Shown one piece after another: positions 40,413-50,613 of a stretch of DNA of 64,000 nucleotides (its first letter is position 1; each line of letters begins with the position of its first letter). The translations under genes and the position numbers were made by a program. This stretch comes from an uncultured bacterium (GTDB taxonomy: Bacteria; Chloroflexota; UBA5177; JANWHV01), in contig CAWHAE010000010.1 in the NCBI GenBank assembly GCA_963827235.1, positions 768,001 to 832,000 on the forward strand, in the 5' to 3' direction. The notes under the pieces were generated by a model. The model saw only the letters and a list, made by a program, of their open reading frames with translations, searched no databases and had not been told where the DNA came from.

Positions 40413-41519
40413 CTAGAACGGTGTCGGGACCTGCAGGCGGGCGGCCAGGGCGCGGAGCGCCGCCACGACGGCCGATTCCAGGCGCACTCCGCGCTGCCGG
40501 GAATCCAGCGCGGCTCGCTCCTCTTTCTCGCCGGCGACGAGGATCTCCGCCGCTCCCGCCGCGCGAGGCGTCGCCTTGATGCGCCGCATCAGGTCGGCGG
40601 CGCGAGACCTAAACGCCGCCACGTCGTCGAATGCCGCGACGTTGATCGCCATGAAGAACTGCCCGAGATTGCTCAGGCGACCGGGGTTCCACATGGTGGT
40701 GACCAGCGGACCATATTCGGCGCCGGGCAGGACAGCGGCCAGCAGCTCGATGGCCATGGCCAGTCCATAACCTTTATAGCCCGAGGTCTGCTCGAGGCCG
40801 CCCAGCGGCAGCAAGGCGCCGGCCAGCGCGCTCGCCGGCGACGTGGTCATGCTGCCGCTCTCGTCGAGCGCCCAGCCCTCCGCCAGCGGCTCGCCCCGGC
40901 GCTCCGCCACCTCTACTTTGCCGCGGGGCACTACCGAGGTGGCCATGTCCAGCACAAAAGGGCTGCCTCCAGCCGGCACGGCGATCGCGATCGGGTTTGT
41001 GCCGTAGGTTGCCGCCCTGCCGCGCGTCGGCGCAACTGTCGGGTGAGTGTTGGTCAGCGAGATACCGATCATGTCGCGCTCCAGGGCAAGCATGGCGTAG
41101 AAACCGGCGATTCCGTAATGGTTCGACCGGCGCACCGTCACCATGCCCAGATCGTGCTTCGCCGCCTTATCCATCGCCATGTTCATGGCGCGTACTCCGG
41201 CCGGCTGTCCCAGTCCGTTGCATCCGTCGAGCAGCGCCGTGGTAGCGCTCTCCCTGACGACCGCCGGCGTGGCCCGGCAGTCGATGAAGCCTTCCTCGAT
41301 CATGGTCACGTAGTAATCCAGCCTGGCCACGCCGTGAGAGGCTATGCCGCGAACGTCGGATGCTACCAGCACGCTCGCCGTCTGCCGGGCCGCCTCTTCC
41401 GGCACGCCGGCCCGCCTCAGCACGTTGCCCGTGAAGGCCGCCAGATCCTCTTCGCGGACGCGCAGCCCGCCCTTCGCCTCCGCGGGCGCCGCGTCGTGCC
41501 CTCGGCTCGATTCACCCAT
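40413..41519 (-). CDS. Ldh_2 family (malate/L-lactate/sulfolactate-type) oxidoreductase
   Basis: GIASHG, SNHYGIAG, GTNPIA, DMATS and GYKGYGL. Confidence 0.9.
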   Translation of the reverse strand: MGESSRGHDAAPAEAKGGLRVREEDLAAFTGNVLRRAGVPEEAARQTASVLVASDVRGIASHGVARLDYYVTMIEEGFIDCRATPAVVRESATTALLDGCNGLGQPAGVRAMNMAMDKAAKHDLGMVTVRRSNHYGIAGFYAMLALERDMIGISLTNTHPTVAPTRGRAATYGTNPIAIAVPAGGSPFVLDMATSVVPRGKVEVAERRGEPLAEGWALDESGSMTTSPASALAGALLPLGGLEQTSGYKGYGLAMAIELLAAVLPGAEYGPLVTTMWNPGRLSNLGQFFMAINVAAFDDVAAFRSRAADLMRRIKATPRAAGAAEILVAGEKEERAALDSRQRGVRLESAVVAALRALAARLQVPTPF

Positions 41520-41705
41520 GACCGCACCTCATCTCCCGTTCAAGTCGTTCCCACCGCGCCGGTAGCCGAGTACCGAAGATACTGCGAGACCGAGACTGCC
41601 GAGCCGACAACCGGCTGGCAGACGTGATGCCGCTGCAAGTCCTCGCGCCGACCGCCTGTCAAACGTGCTCCATCTGCACCGGCGGCCGCGACCCGGGAGA
41701 CCGGC

Positions 41706-42473
41706 CTAAAGCGCCAGCACGACCTCGATGCCGGCGGCACGAAACTGGTCCAGACACTGAGCCGGAGCCGCCGCATCGGTGACCAGCGTCGAAACAACCC
41801 GGCACGGCGCGATCAGTGCAGTGGTGACCTTACCGATCTTGCTATGGTCGGCCACTACCACCACGCGGTCGGCACGCTCGATGATCGCCCGGTTCGTTCG
41901 AGCCTCGATCAGATTGTACGTGGTCAGTCCGTGATCAAGCGACAGGCCGTCCACGCCGACGAACGCCGTCTGCACGTGCAGGTCGCGCATCGATTGCTCG
42001 GTGAGAGGACCGCACAGTTCGAGCGAGCGTCGCAGCGAGCCTCCCGTCACGGTCACCTCGATGTCCTGGTCGCCAAGCTCGGCCGCCACGCCTATCGAGT
42101 TGGTCACGACATGGAGGTTGGCGATGCCGCGGATAGCGCGCGCCACGGCCACCGTCGTCGTGCCGCCGTTGAGCGACACCACGTCCCCCGGCGCCACGAG
42201 CTGCGCCGCCGCGCGGCCGATTGCACGCTTCTCGGCATCAAGCAGCACGGCCTTATCCTGCGGCCTCGGCTCGCTGTCGGCATAGTTGGGCTCGACAACG
42301 GCACCGCCGTGCGTGCGCCGCAGTACTCCCGTGCCTGCCAACCTGTGCAGATCCCTCCGCAGCGTCGATTCCGAGTAGCCGAGGGCCCGGCTGAGGTCGG
42401 CAACGGTCACCGCCCCTTGCCGCGACAGTGCATGCAGGATCCGCTGCCGTCGCTCTTCGGCGAGCACAAGCAC
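41706..42473 (-). CDS. DeoR/GlpR family transcriptional regulator
   Basis: EERRQRIL, SESTLRRDL, RTHGGA, GGTT and ADHSK. Confidence 0.92.
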   Translation of the reverse strand: MLVLAEERRQRILHALSRQGAVTVADLSRALGYSESTLRRDLHRLAGTGVLRRTHGGAVVEPNYADSEPRPQDKAVLLDAEKRAIGRAAAQLVAPGDVVSLNGGTTTVAVARAIRGIANLHVVTNSIGVAAELGDQDIEVTVTGGSLRRSLELCGPLTEQSMRDLHVQTAFVGVDGLSLDHGLTTYNLIEARTNRAIIERADRVVVVADHSKIGKVTTALIAPCRVVSTLVTDAAAPAQCLDQFRAAGIEVVLAL

Positions 42474-42590
42474 CGTTCTTTCTGTCGGGATCCTCGCTTC
42501 GCGCGGCCAAAGGCGGATGCGAGAGTGCCGCATGCCGTGCGACCCTACTCGACATGGTAGCGAGTTCGACCGCGCAAGATCAACCGGATA

Positions 42591-42742
42591 CTGCACGATC
42601 CTGCACGATATGCGACGGAAGCGGCCAAATGCGCTCTGCCTGGTCGTGCGGAATGGTTAATACATATCCCTCAACGTCCTCAGATCAATCGTGCAAATCC
42701 GGTCAACTCGCGATTGACAGTGCACGAGTCTTGTGCTAGGCT
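42591..42742. promoter_or_regulatory. TGCACGA repeats (putative DeoR sites) and promoter of the ABC operon
   Basis: CTGCACGATC-CTGCACGATA tandem at 42591-42610, an inverted TCGTGCA near 42689, and TGCACGA inside the spacer of TTGACA(42714)-17 nt-TAGGCT(42737). Confidence 0.65.
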
Positions 42743-42889
42743 TGCCGATCGGAGGCCTGGACCGCGTGACCCTCCCGACTGAAAGGAGGTGACTGCCCTG
42801 TGCCGAAATCTTGACCAATGATCGGCTTCACCGCGACTGCGCAGTGGCTGCGACTTCCTCAATTCACTGCTGACAGGGAGGCTACATTG

Positions 42890-44383
42890 ATGGTTGGGAC
42901 TCGTGAACTGGAGCACGCAGGCCAAGGGAAACCAACCCGGCACGCCCGTGGACGCTCTCTTGCATGGTTCGTCGTTCTCGTCCTCGTCACCACCCTGTTC
43001 ACCGGCGCAACTACTTCCGTGCCACGTGCCGGCGCACAGGGCACGTCGATCACGGTGCTGACGGTGGGAGATCCATTCGAATACCAGTTAGTCAAGCTGC
43101 TCCCGCAATTCGAGAAAGCAACCGGGATCAGCGTGAAGCTGGAGTCCGTGTCGTACGACCAGATGCACGGGCAGCTGGTCAACGCCGCCATCACCCACTC
43201 GAGCACATTTGACGTGGTAACACCCGATGCGATGTGGGTCTCGGAGTTCGTCGACAATGGCTGGGTCGACCAGCTCGATAGCTACATAAAGGCGGACAAG
43301 GCCGAAGTGCAGCCTGCCGACCTCATCCCTGCCGTCGTGTGGAGCATGGATGAGTGGAAGGGGCACATGTACGCGCTGCCGATTGCCGCATACGGACAGG
43401 ATGTCCTGTACCGCACGGACGTGTTCTCGGCCCTGCATCTGCAGGCCCCGCCTCCAACCGCGGCCAGCTGGTGGACCTGGGACCAATACCTGAAGGATGT
43501 CCAGGCGATCAATGGAAAGACGATCGGCGGGACCAAGTATTACGGCACAGTGATTGCCGGTGCGCAGCCCTCGCCGATTGTGCACATGTACACGCAACTC
43601 GCCGCTAGCCTTGGGGCGCGCTGGTTCAAGTCATTCCCGAGCAGCGCGAAGTGGGATTTTACGGTTACCCTGAACTCCCCCGCGAATCTCAAGGCACTCT
43701 CCATGTTCACCACTCTCTACCACAATTCGCCGCCACAGGCGGATGCCATGAACTGGTTCGAGGCCGGAACGCAGTTTGCCTTGGGCAAGGTCGGCATGAT
43801 GTACTGGTGGACGCCGTATAACTATCTTGTCGACAAGGCAGGCTACGAGGTTCCGCAGGCCGCGCCCATCGTCGGCAAGTACAGTGTCGGCGTGCTGCCT
43901 TCTCAGCCTGGCGTGCCGCAGACAGGCAGTGACGGCGGTTGGAGCCTCGCCCTCAGCTCGTTCTCCCACAACAAGGCTGCTGCCTTCAAGTTCATTGCCT
44001 GGGCCACGAGTGCCAAGACCCAGTTGGACATGGCCCTCCAGCCCGGCTACCAGTTCAGCGACTTTGCGCACCTGTCAAACTATACCGACGCGTCGGCGAT
44101 GGCGGCCTACCCCTATCTGTCCGCCCAGCTGAAAGCGCTACAAACCGGCAACGGCAAGGCGGTGCGCCCACCGATTCCGATCTACTCCGTCCTCGAAGGA
44201 CTGTACGGTACGGCGCTGAATGAGGCCATTCGCGGGCAGTCCTCGCCCGCCGACACCCTCAAGAGCGTGACTAACCAGTTCAATAGCGTGCTCGGAGACG
44301 ATGCCTACATCCCGTATGTCCAGCCGTCGTATAACGACACGCTGGCGAACACGGTGGCGCTGCTGAACAGCCTCAACAAGTAG
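42890..44383 (+). CDS. Sugar/polyol ABC transporter substrate-binding protein
   Basis: Signal/anchor helix, FEKATGISVK and GGWSLA. GGGAGG RBS. Confidence 0.87.
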   Translation: MVGTRELEHAGQGKPTRHARGRSLAWFVVLVLVTTLFTGATTSVPRAGAQGTSITVLTVGDPFEYQLVKLLPQFEKATGISVKLESVSYDQMHGQLVNAAITHSSTFDVVTPDAMWVSEFVDNGWVDQLDSYIKADKAEVQPADLIPAVVWSMDEWKGHMYALPIAAYGQDVLYRTDVFSALHLQAPPPTAASWWTWDQYLKDVQAINGKTIGGTKYYGTVIAGAQPSPIVHMYTQLAASLGARWFKSFPSSAKWDFTVTLNSPANLKALSMFTTLYHNSPPQADAMNWFEAGTQFALGKVGMMYWWTPYNYLVDKAGYEVPQAAPIVGKYSVGVLPSQPGVPQTGSDGGWSLALSSFSHNKAAAFKFIAWATSAKTQLDMALQPGYQFSDFAHLSNYTDASAMAAYPYLSAQLKALQTGNGKAVRPPIPIYSVLEGLYGTALNEAIRGQSSPADTLKSVTNQFNSVLGDDAYIPYVQPSYNDTLANTVALLNSLNK

Positions 44384-44400
44384 TCACAATCACACGCTCC

Positions 44401-44438
44401 CGCAGGATGTCGTCATGCCAACCTGGCGACATCCTGCG
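44401..44438. repeat. 15-bp stem-loop downstream of the SBP gene
   Basis: CGCAGGATGTCGTCA-N8-TGGCGACATCCTGCG with one G-U pair. Confidence 0.85.
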
Positions 44439-44459
44439 CCGGATCGCCAGAGGGATTTC

Positions 44460-45365
44460 ATGGTCAACAGCAGTCTGCGGTCCAGACAATGGCGCCGGAA
44501 GCTGGAACCACTCTGGTTCATCGGCCCGGCTGTCCTGCTGCTCGTGGCGCTCGTCATCTACCCGCTGCTCTACTCGCTGCGCCATAGCCTTGAGCACTGG
44601 GATCTCGAGCTTTCGCCCAATCCGCTGGGCTCAGTGGGTCTGCGTAACTATGATCGTATCCTCTCCGATTCATCTTTCTGGTCGGCTGCCCTGTTCACGA
44701 TCGAGTTTGTCGCCGTCGCCGTCGGCGTCGAGCTGGTGCTGGGCACCATTCTCGCCCTCTTGCTCGATCAGCGACTGCCCGGGACGCAACTCGCGCGCAC
44801 ACTGATCATCATGCCGACAGCCGTGGCGCCGATCGTGGCGGGCTTCATGTTTCGCTACATGTATTACCCCGGCAGCGGGATCATTGCCTACCTTGGCTCC
44901 CGTATCGGTCTCCCGATCCCGGCCACCGGCATTCTTGGCGACCCGTCGTGGGCGCCACCCGGACTCGAGATCACCGATATCTGGCAATGGACGCCGTTCG
45001 TCGCGCTCGTGGTGCTGGCCGGTATCCAGTCGGTGCCGCAAGAGATCGTCGAGGCCGCGCGTGTCGATGGCGCGGGCGCCGTGAGCCTTTTCTGGCGTAT
45101 CATCGTGCCTCAGCTGCGCTTCATCGTGGCCATCGTGCTGATCATTCGCATCATGCAAACCTTCAACGTGTTCGACATCTTGTTTGCGGAGACCATGGGA
45201 GGTCCCGGCACGTCGACGACGTCCTTGAGCTACCTCCTCTACTTGAATGGCCTGCGCTACTACAACATGGGATTGGCCTTTGCCATGGCCTGGATCATCA
45301 CGGCGCTCGCCGTCATCTTGGTGAACTGCTATATTCTGGTGGCCTTCCGGGGAATAGAAGTATGA
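44460..45365 (+). CDS. Sugar ABC transporter permease
   Basis: DIWQWTPF and EAARVDGA. Confidence 0.9.
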   Translation: MVNSSLRSRQWRRKLEPLWFIGPAVLLLVALVIYPLLYSLRHSLEHWDLELSPNPLGSVGLRNYDRILSDSSFWSAALFTIEFVAVAVGVELVLGTILALLLDQRLPGTQLARTLIIMPTAVAPIVAGFMFRYMYYPGSGIIAYLGSRIGLPIPATGILGDPSWAPPGLEITDIWQWTPFVALVVLAGIQSVPQEIVEAARVDGAGAVSLFWRIIVPQLRFIVAIVLIIRIMQTFNVFDILFAETMGGPGTSTTSLSYLLYLNGLRYYNMGLAFAMAWIITALAVILVNCYILVAFRGIEV

Positions 45366-46228
45366 GCAGGGAGACGCGTCTGGCCCGCTTGTTCTCTCCG
45401 CGCCTCCGGCACTTGGGCCGCCGGGCGGCGCTGATGATCGCCCTGTTTGCGCTCCTGCTTCTGTTTATCGGTCCGCTGCTTTGGTTTTTGGCCCTCTCAC
45501 TTCGCCCGGTCGACAGCGATTTCACGATCCCGCCAAATCTGTCATTCGCGCCGTCGCTGTGGGCCTTCCACGACACGTTCGTCTCACCGGGGGAGAACCT
45601 GTCGAACCTGGAGGCCAGTCTGATCGAGTCGGCCGGCACCTTGCTGATCACCGCGCCCCTGGCCATCCTCGCAGCCTATGGCTTCTCGCGCTATCGCTTC
45701 AGAGGGCGTCGCTTCATGCTTCTCTGGCTGCTGACATTGCTGCTCACGCCGCCGATCGGCATGACCCTGCCCAACTACATCATCATGAACAACCTCGGTT
45801 TGATCGGCACGTACTGGGTGATGATGCTGATGTACCAGACGTTCACATTGCCGCTCACGATCTGGCTCCTGCGCGGCTTCATGAACGAGATCCCGGTGGC
45901 CATCGAAGAGGCGGCGATCATCGACGGCGCCAGCCGGCTGCAAACATTGCGCTACATCGTGATTCCGCTCTGCGCGCCCGGGATCATGGTGGCGCTCATG
46001 TTCGCCTTCGTATTCTCCTGGAACAACACGGTCTTTCCGCTCGCGATGTCCAACGCGGTGACCCAGCCATTGCCGATCGGCACGCTCAACTTCTTTGCCA
46101 CCACTGGCGTGACCTGGAACTACATCGCGGCCAATTCGATCGTCACCATTCTGCCGCCAGGCATTCTGTTCTTCGTATTCAGACGGTACATCGTCAAAGG
46201 ACTCACGTTTGGTGCCGTCGCTGGGTGA
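45362..46228 (+). CDS. Sugar ABC transporter permease
   Basis: ATGA overlap; IEEAAIIDGA and KGLTFGAV. Confidence 0.9.
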   Translation: MSRETRLARLFSPRLRHLGRRAALMIALFALLLLFIGPLLWFLALSLRPVDSDFTIPPNLSFAPSLWAFHDTFVSPGENLSNLEASLIESAGTLLITAPLAILAAYGFSRYRFRGRRFMLLWLLTLLLTPPIGMTLPNYIIMNNLGLIGTYWVMMLMYQTFTLPLTIWLLRGFMNEIPVAIEEAAIIDGASRLQTLRYIVIPLCAPGIMVALMFAFVFSWNNTVFPLAMSNAVTQPLPIGTLNFFATTGVTWNYIAANSIVTILPPGILFFVFRRYIVKGLTFGAVAG

Positions 46229-46337
46229 ACGCGCCTGCCGGCAGCACCGGGAAGGCGACGGCGCGCACACCCGACCGGCCGGCACTCGGGATGCGCGCCG
46301 GAATGTGCGGAGTCGCTCCTGATGGCATGCCGGACTA

Positions 46338-47405
46338 TTGCACATGGAAAGAGGTTCTGACGTGGCTGATACGGTGAGGATCGCGGTCGTGGGCCTGGGC
46401 ATGTGGGGACAGAACCATTGTCTGGCATATGGCGACTATCACAGAAGCCAGCTGGTCGCGGTATGCGACGTTGACGAGAAGCGTGCCGCGGAGCACGCCG
46501 CAACCTACGGGTGCAGGGCAGTGACCGACTTCCACGAGATCGCGGCCGACCCGAACATCGACGCCGTGAGCGTCGCAACGCCGGACCCCTATCACTTCGC
46601 GGTCGTCCTGGAGATGCTGCGGGCCGGCAAGCACGTGTTCGTGGAGAAGCCGCTGGTGACCAAGGTCGACGAAGCCGTGGCACTGGTCGAAGCTGCCCGA
46701 GAGCATCCCGTTCTCACCATGGTCGACTTCCATTCGCGGTGGATTACGTCGTACGTCGCCATCAAGGATGCTCTGGATGGCGGCGAGATTGGACGTCCGA
46801 TCATGGGCTACATACGGCTCAGCGACGCCATCGAGGTAGCGCTGAACTGGCTCAAGTGGGCTGCCGAATCCGGACCGCAGTGGTTCCTCTTCCCCCACAT
46901 CGCCGATCTCATGTACTGGTATTTCGGTGCTATTCCCGAGACCGTGTACGCGGTAGGGAGCAAAGGCGTGCTGGCGGCCAAAGGCGTGGACACCTACGAC
47001 GCGATTCAGGCGCTGCTGCGCTTTCCGGGCGGAGGGTTCACCACGCTCGAGTCCAGCTGGATCGTGCCCAACGGATCGGCCAGCGTGATCGACTGCCAGA
47101 TGGGCTTGTACGGTACCGAGGGTCGAGTTGAGCTGAACCACGACTACTACGGCCTCGAGATCACGAACGACAGGGTGCGATATCCGTGGATCTCGGGCGG
47201 AAAGCGAAACCGCTACGGACACCTGGACGGCTTTGTGTTCGAGCCCATGCGTACCTTTGTGGACTGCATTCTCGACGGGAAACCGAGCCCGACACCGCTC
47301 GAGACCGGTCTGGTGAATACGTCGATCATCGATGCCTGCCTGCGATCCATCCAGAGCGGAGTGCCGGAGACTCTGCGCGGATTGCACGTGCTGGCCGGCA
47401 AATAG
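46338..47405 (+). CDS. Gfo/Idh/MocA family oxidoreductase
   Basis: VGLGMWG, VATPDPYH and GKHVFVEKP. The start may be GTG 46362. Confidence 0.9.
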   Translation: MHMERGSDVADTVRIAVVGLGMWGQNHCLAYGDYHRSQLVAVCDVDEKRAAEHAATYGCRAVTDFHEIAADPNIDAVSVATPDPYHFAVVLEMLRAGKHVFVEKPLVTKVDEAVALVEAAREHPVLTMVDFHSRWITSYVAIKDALDGGEIGRPIMGYIRLSDAIEVALNWLKWAAESGPQWFLFPHIADLMYWYFGAIPETVYAVGSKGVLAAKGVDTYDAIQALLRFPGGGFTTLESSWIVPNGSASVIDCQMGLYGTEGRVELNHDYYGLEITNDRVRYPWISGGKRNRYGHLDGFVFEPMRTFVDCILDGKPSPTPLETGLVNTSIIDACLRSIQSGVPETLRGLHVLAGK

Positions 47406-47705
47406 GAGACGACCACCGCCCGACATTTGTCGGGGCGACAGATTAGTACCGGGCCCGGCATGGATAAGCCAAATGGTCGCGTACCGGATCGCTCGAGGGC
47501 ATACGCTGGCATGACCACACGATGTTCCTGGGCAGGCTATGGCGCTACATGCCGGCGCGGCCTGGATCCCAGCTCGCCCAGGTACCTCGCGCGCGCCTTC
47601 GTGCTTGAGCGCCAACAGTGCCGACACGCAAGCGAGCGGTTTGTAGCCGGACCGCGGCTAGGCGCCGAGGAGTAGTATGTATGGGCAGTGAAATGGAGAT
47701 AAAGG

Positions 47706-48794
47706 TTGCCGGCCGAGTTGTTGCTTTCCGACTATGATCCGTCGGCCAACCTGGTGACGGACAGCCATCCCCGGAAACGGGCCAAGTTCCCGGCCATCGA
47801 CGCGCACAACCACCTCGGTCGTTGGCTGACGGCTGACGGCTCCTGGGCCATCCAGGACGTACCGGCACTTCTGCAGCTCATGGAGGCCTGCAATATACAC
47901 GCCATCGTGAACCTGGATGGCATGTGGGAGGGAGAGCTCGAGGCCAACCTGGATCGATACGACCGAGCCTATCCCGGCCGCTTCTATACGTTTGCCCAGA
48001 GCGACTGGGGACTGGTGCAGTACGCCGACTTCGGATCTCGCATGGCTAACCAGCTCGTCGACAGCGTGCGGCGCGGAGCGCGCGGTCTCAAGGTGTGGAA
48101 GAAGCTCGGCCTGGAGTATCGCGATGCGGACGGGCAGTTGATACCCATAGACGACCGCAGGCTCGACGATCTCTGGACCGCGGCCGGTGAGCTGCACGTG
48201 CCGGTGCTCATTCACATCGCGGATCCCGTGGCGTTCTTCCTGCCCCTCGATGCAAAGAACGAGCGCTGGGAGGAACTGCGTGCGCATCCGGACTGGCATT
48301 TTCCATCGCCGACCTACCCGTCGTTCATTGCATTGATGGAGCAGTTTGAGGCGCTGGTCGCACGGCATCCGCGGACCACATTCGTCGGAGCACACGTCGG
48401 CTGCTACGCCGAAAGTCTCTCATGGGTTTCCAGGATGCTGGAGTGCTATCCGAACTTTGCCGTGGACATCGCGGCGCGTCTGGCCGAGCTGGGACGGCAG
48501 CCGTATGCCGCCCGGCGCTTCTTCGAGAAGTACGCGGGCCGAATCGCCTTCGGCCTGGATGTCAGTCCGCCCGTACTGGAAGAGTACGCGCCCTACTTTC
48601 GCTTTCTCGAGACTGCCGACGAGTATTTCAGCTATTCGCCGGCAGCGGTCGCCCCGCAAGGACGCTGGCAGATCTACGGCATTCACCTCGACGATGCGCA
48701 ATTGCGCGAAGTCTACGCGGGTACGGCGCAACGCGTGATCGTGGAACGGCAGAGGCCGGCGGGCGGGGCAGCGCCGTCAGCGGCTAAAGGGTAA
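47706..48794 (+). CDS. Amidohydrolase (Amidohydro_2) family protein
   Basis: IDAHNH, GLKVWK, LIHIADP, GAHVG and AELGRQP. Confidence 0.85.
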   Translation: MPAELLLSDYDPSANLVTDSHPRKRAKFPAIDAHNHLGRWLTADGSWAIQDVPALLQLMEACNIHAIVNLDGMWEGELEANLDRYDRAYPGRFYTFAQSDWGLVQYADFGSRMANQLVDSVRRGARGLKVWKKLGLEYRDADGQLIPIDDRRLDDLWTAAGELHVPVLIHIADPVAFFLPLDAKNERWEELRAHPDWHFPSPTYPSFIALMEQFEALVARHPRTTFVGAHVGCYAESLSWVSRMLECYPNFAVDIAARLAELGRQPYAARRFFEKYAGRIAFGLDVSPPVLEEYAPYFRFLETADEYFSYSPAAVAPQGRWQIYGIHLDDAQLREVYAGTAQRVIVERQRPAGGAAPSAAKG

Positions 48795-48879
48795 GGCTGT
48801 CCCGGAGCGGGCAGCCGGTGAGACCGGCGAGGACGTCACCTGCGGCATCGCCAGAGGGCGGCCCCTTCGCCGTTCTCCG

Positions 48880-49833
48880 CTACAACGTGTTCGCCGCGCC
48901 GGCGTCCAGCGGCACAAAGCGCACACCGGTGAGCTGCTCCGACAGCGACCAGAGCCTCCGCGCAGCTTCCTCATCCAGGGCCTGCTTCGGCAGCGCGACT
49001 TTCACGGGATAACCGCGAGAATGCATGAAGCGGTCCGGACCGTAGTAGTCGCCGCCACGCACCTCTGAAGCGGTAGCCGCATACAATTCGGGCAGCGCGC
49101 CCCGGCCGGCCGATTGGGCGAACAGCCGGTTTGCCAGGGCCATCGCCGCGCCCATCCAGCGGTTACCGGTCATGCGAGGACCGGCACCCTGCAAGTTCGT
49201 GGCCGCATAGCCCGGATGCGCACCGACGCTCACCAGATCGAGGCCGCGGGCGCGGGCCAGGCGATCGAGCTGCAGCATGAAGAGCAGGTTGGCAAGCTTG
49301 GACTGGCGATAGGCATCCCAAGGCTTATAGTTGTGCTCGCCCTGCAGATCGTCGAAGCTCATCCGACCACGTGCACCTTCCGTGCTGCTGACCGTAACCA
49401 CGCGCGCCCCAGGTCGCGCCAACAGCGAGGGCAGCAAGAGGCCAGTCAGCGCGAAATGGCCCAGATGATTCGTGCCGAGCTGCATCTCGAATCCGTCGGT
49501 GGTTCGCCGGTAGGGCAGCGCCATCACACCGGCATTGTTTACCAGCGCATCCAGTCGATCGTGCGCCGCGGCGAAGCCGCCGACAAACTGCCGTATCGAG
49601 TCCAGGCTGGACAGGTCCAGCGCCGCCACCTGCACGACCGCACCGGAGGCGACGGCGCGGATTTGCTCGGCGGCGCGTTGCCCCTTGCCGGTATCCCGGC
49701 AGGCCAGGACCACGGTGGCGCCGTGCTTGGCCAGCTGCAGTGCCGCGTGGAAGCCCAGCCCGCTGTTGGCCCCCGTTACCACTGCGGTGCGTCCTGTCTG
49801 CGCCGGTATGTCGTCCTCAGTCCAGCCGCCCAT
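48880..49833 (-). CDS. Short-chain dehydrogenase/reductase (retinol dehydrogenase-like)
   Basis: TGANSGLG, NNAGVM, NHLGHF, YRQSK and HPG. Confidence 0.92.
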   Translation of the reverse strand: MGGWTEDDIPAQTGRTAVVTGANSGLGFHAALQLAKHGATVVLACRDTGKGQRAAEQIRAVASGAVVQVAALDLSSLDSIRQFVGGFAAAHDRLDALVNNAGVMALPYRRTTDGFEMQLGTNHLGHFALTGLLLPSLLARPGARVVTVSSTEGARGRMSFDDLQGEHNYKPWDAYRQSKLANLLFMLQLDRLARARGLDLVSVGAHPGYAATNLQGAGPRMTGNRWMGAAMALANRLFAQSAGRGALPELYAATASEVRGGDYYGPDRFMHSRGYPVKVALPKQALDEEAARRLWSLSEQLTGVRFVPLDAGAANTL

Positions 49834-50063
49834 GTTCGCTTCCTCTCGTTGCCGCCGAACGGTGGCCTCGACCTTCCTCGGCTTCGACCGGCTGCTCCCG
49901 TCGCACCGGGCGTCCGAGGGGTACTGACCTCAGTGTACGAGGGCGAATGCTAGGCAGTCGGCCTGCCGTGCTGTGCGTCCGTGACTCGGTGCGCCCGGCA
50001 GAGCTATGCCGGTTCTCGTGCCGCGCGTACACTAAGGTGCTCGAGACACAGTATCGATAGCTC

Positions 50064-50597
50064 ATGATTGGAGTCGCCACCGTGCGCGCCACACCATCGT
50101 CAGCCGGCAAAGTGACCATCGGAGACCGGGCTCCTGATTTCACCTTGCCAACGCAGTCCGGGGAGCAGGTCCGTCTCCACGATCTGCTCGGCGACCGCGC
50201 TCTAGTTCTGTTCTTCTACCCGAAAGACAACACGTCGGGCTGCACTGCCGAGGTGTGCGCCTTTCGCGATAGCTACGAGGTCTTCAAGGAGGCAGGAGCA
50301 GGTGTCGTGGGCGTCAGCTCAGACTCCGTAGACTCTCACGCAGCCTTCGTGGGGAAGCACAACTTGCCGTTCACCTTGCTCTCCGACAAGGGAGGGACGG
50401 TTCGACGACTGTACGGGGTGCCGGCCACTCTCGGCCTCCTGCCCGGACGTGTCACCTACATCCTCGACAAGCAGGGTGTCGTACGACACATGTTCTCGTC
50501 GCAAATGGCTATCGGCAAGCACGTGAGTGAAGCCCTGCACGTCATCGAAGCGCTGCGAGTGGCAACCGACACACAGGATGCGAGTCTGCCCGACTAG
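50064..50597 (+). CDS. bcp: Peroxiredoxin (BCP/PrxQ type)
   Basis: FFYPKDNTSGCTAEVCAFRD. Confidence 0.88.
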   Translation: MIGVATVRATPSSAGKVTIGDRAPDFTLPTQSGEQVRLHDLLGDRALVLFFYPKDNTSGCTAEVCAFRDSYEVFKEAGAGVVGVSSDSVDSHAAFVGKHNLPFTLLSDKGGTVRRLYGVPATLGLLPGRVTYILDKQGVVRHMFSSQMAIGKHVSEALHVIEALRVATDTQDASLPD

Positions 50598-50613
50598 CTG
50601 CTGTCGGGCCTGC

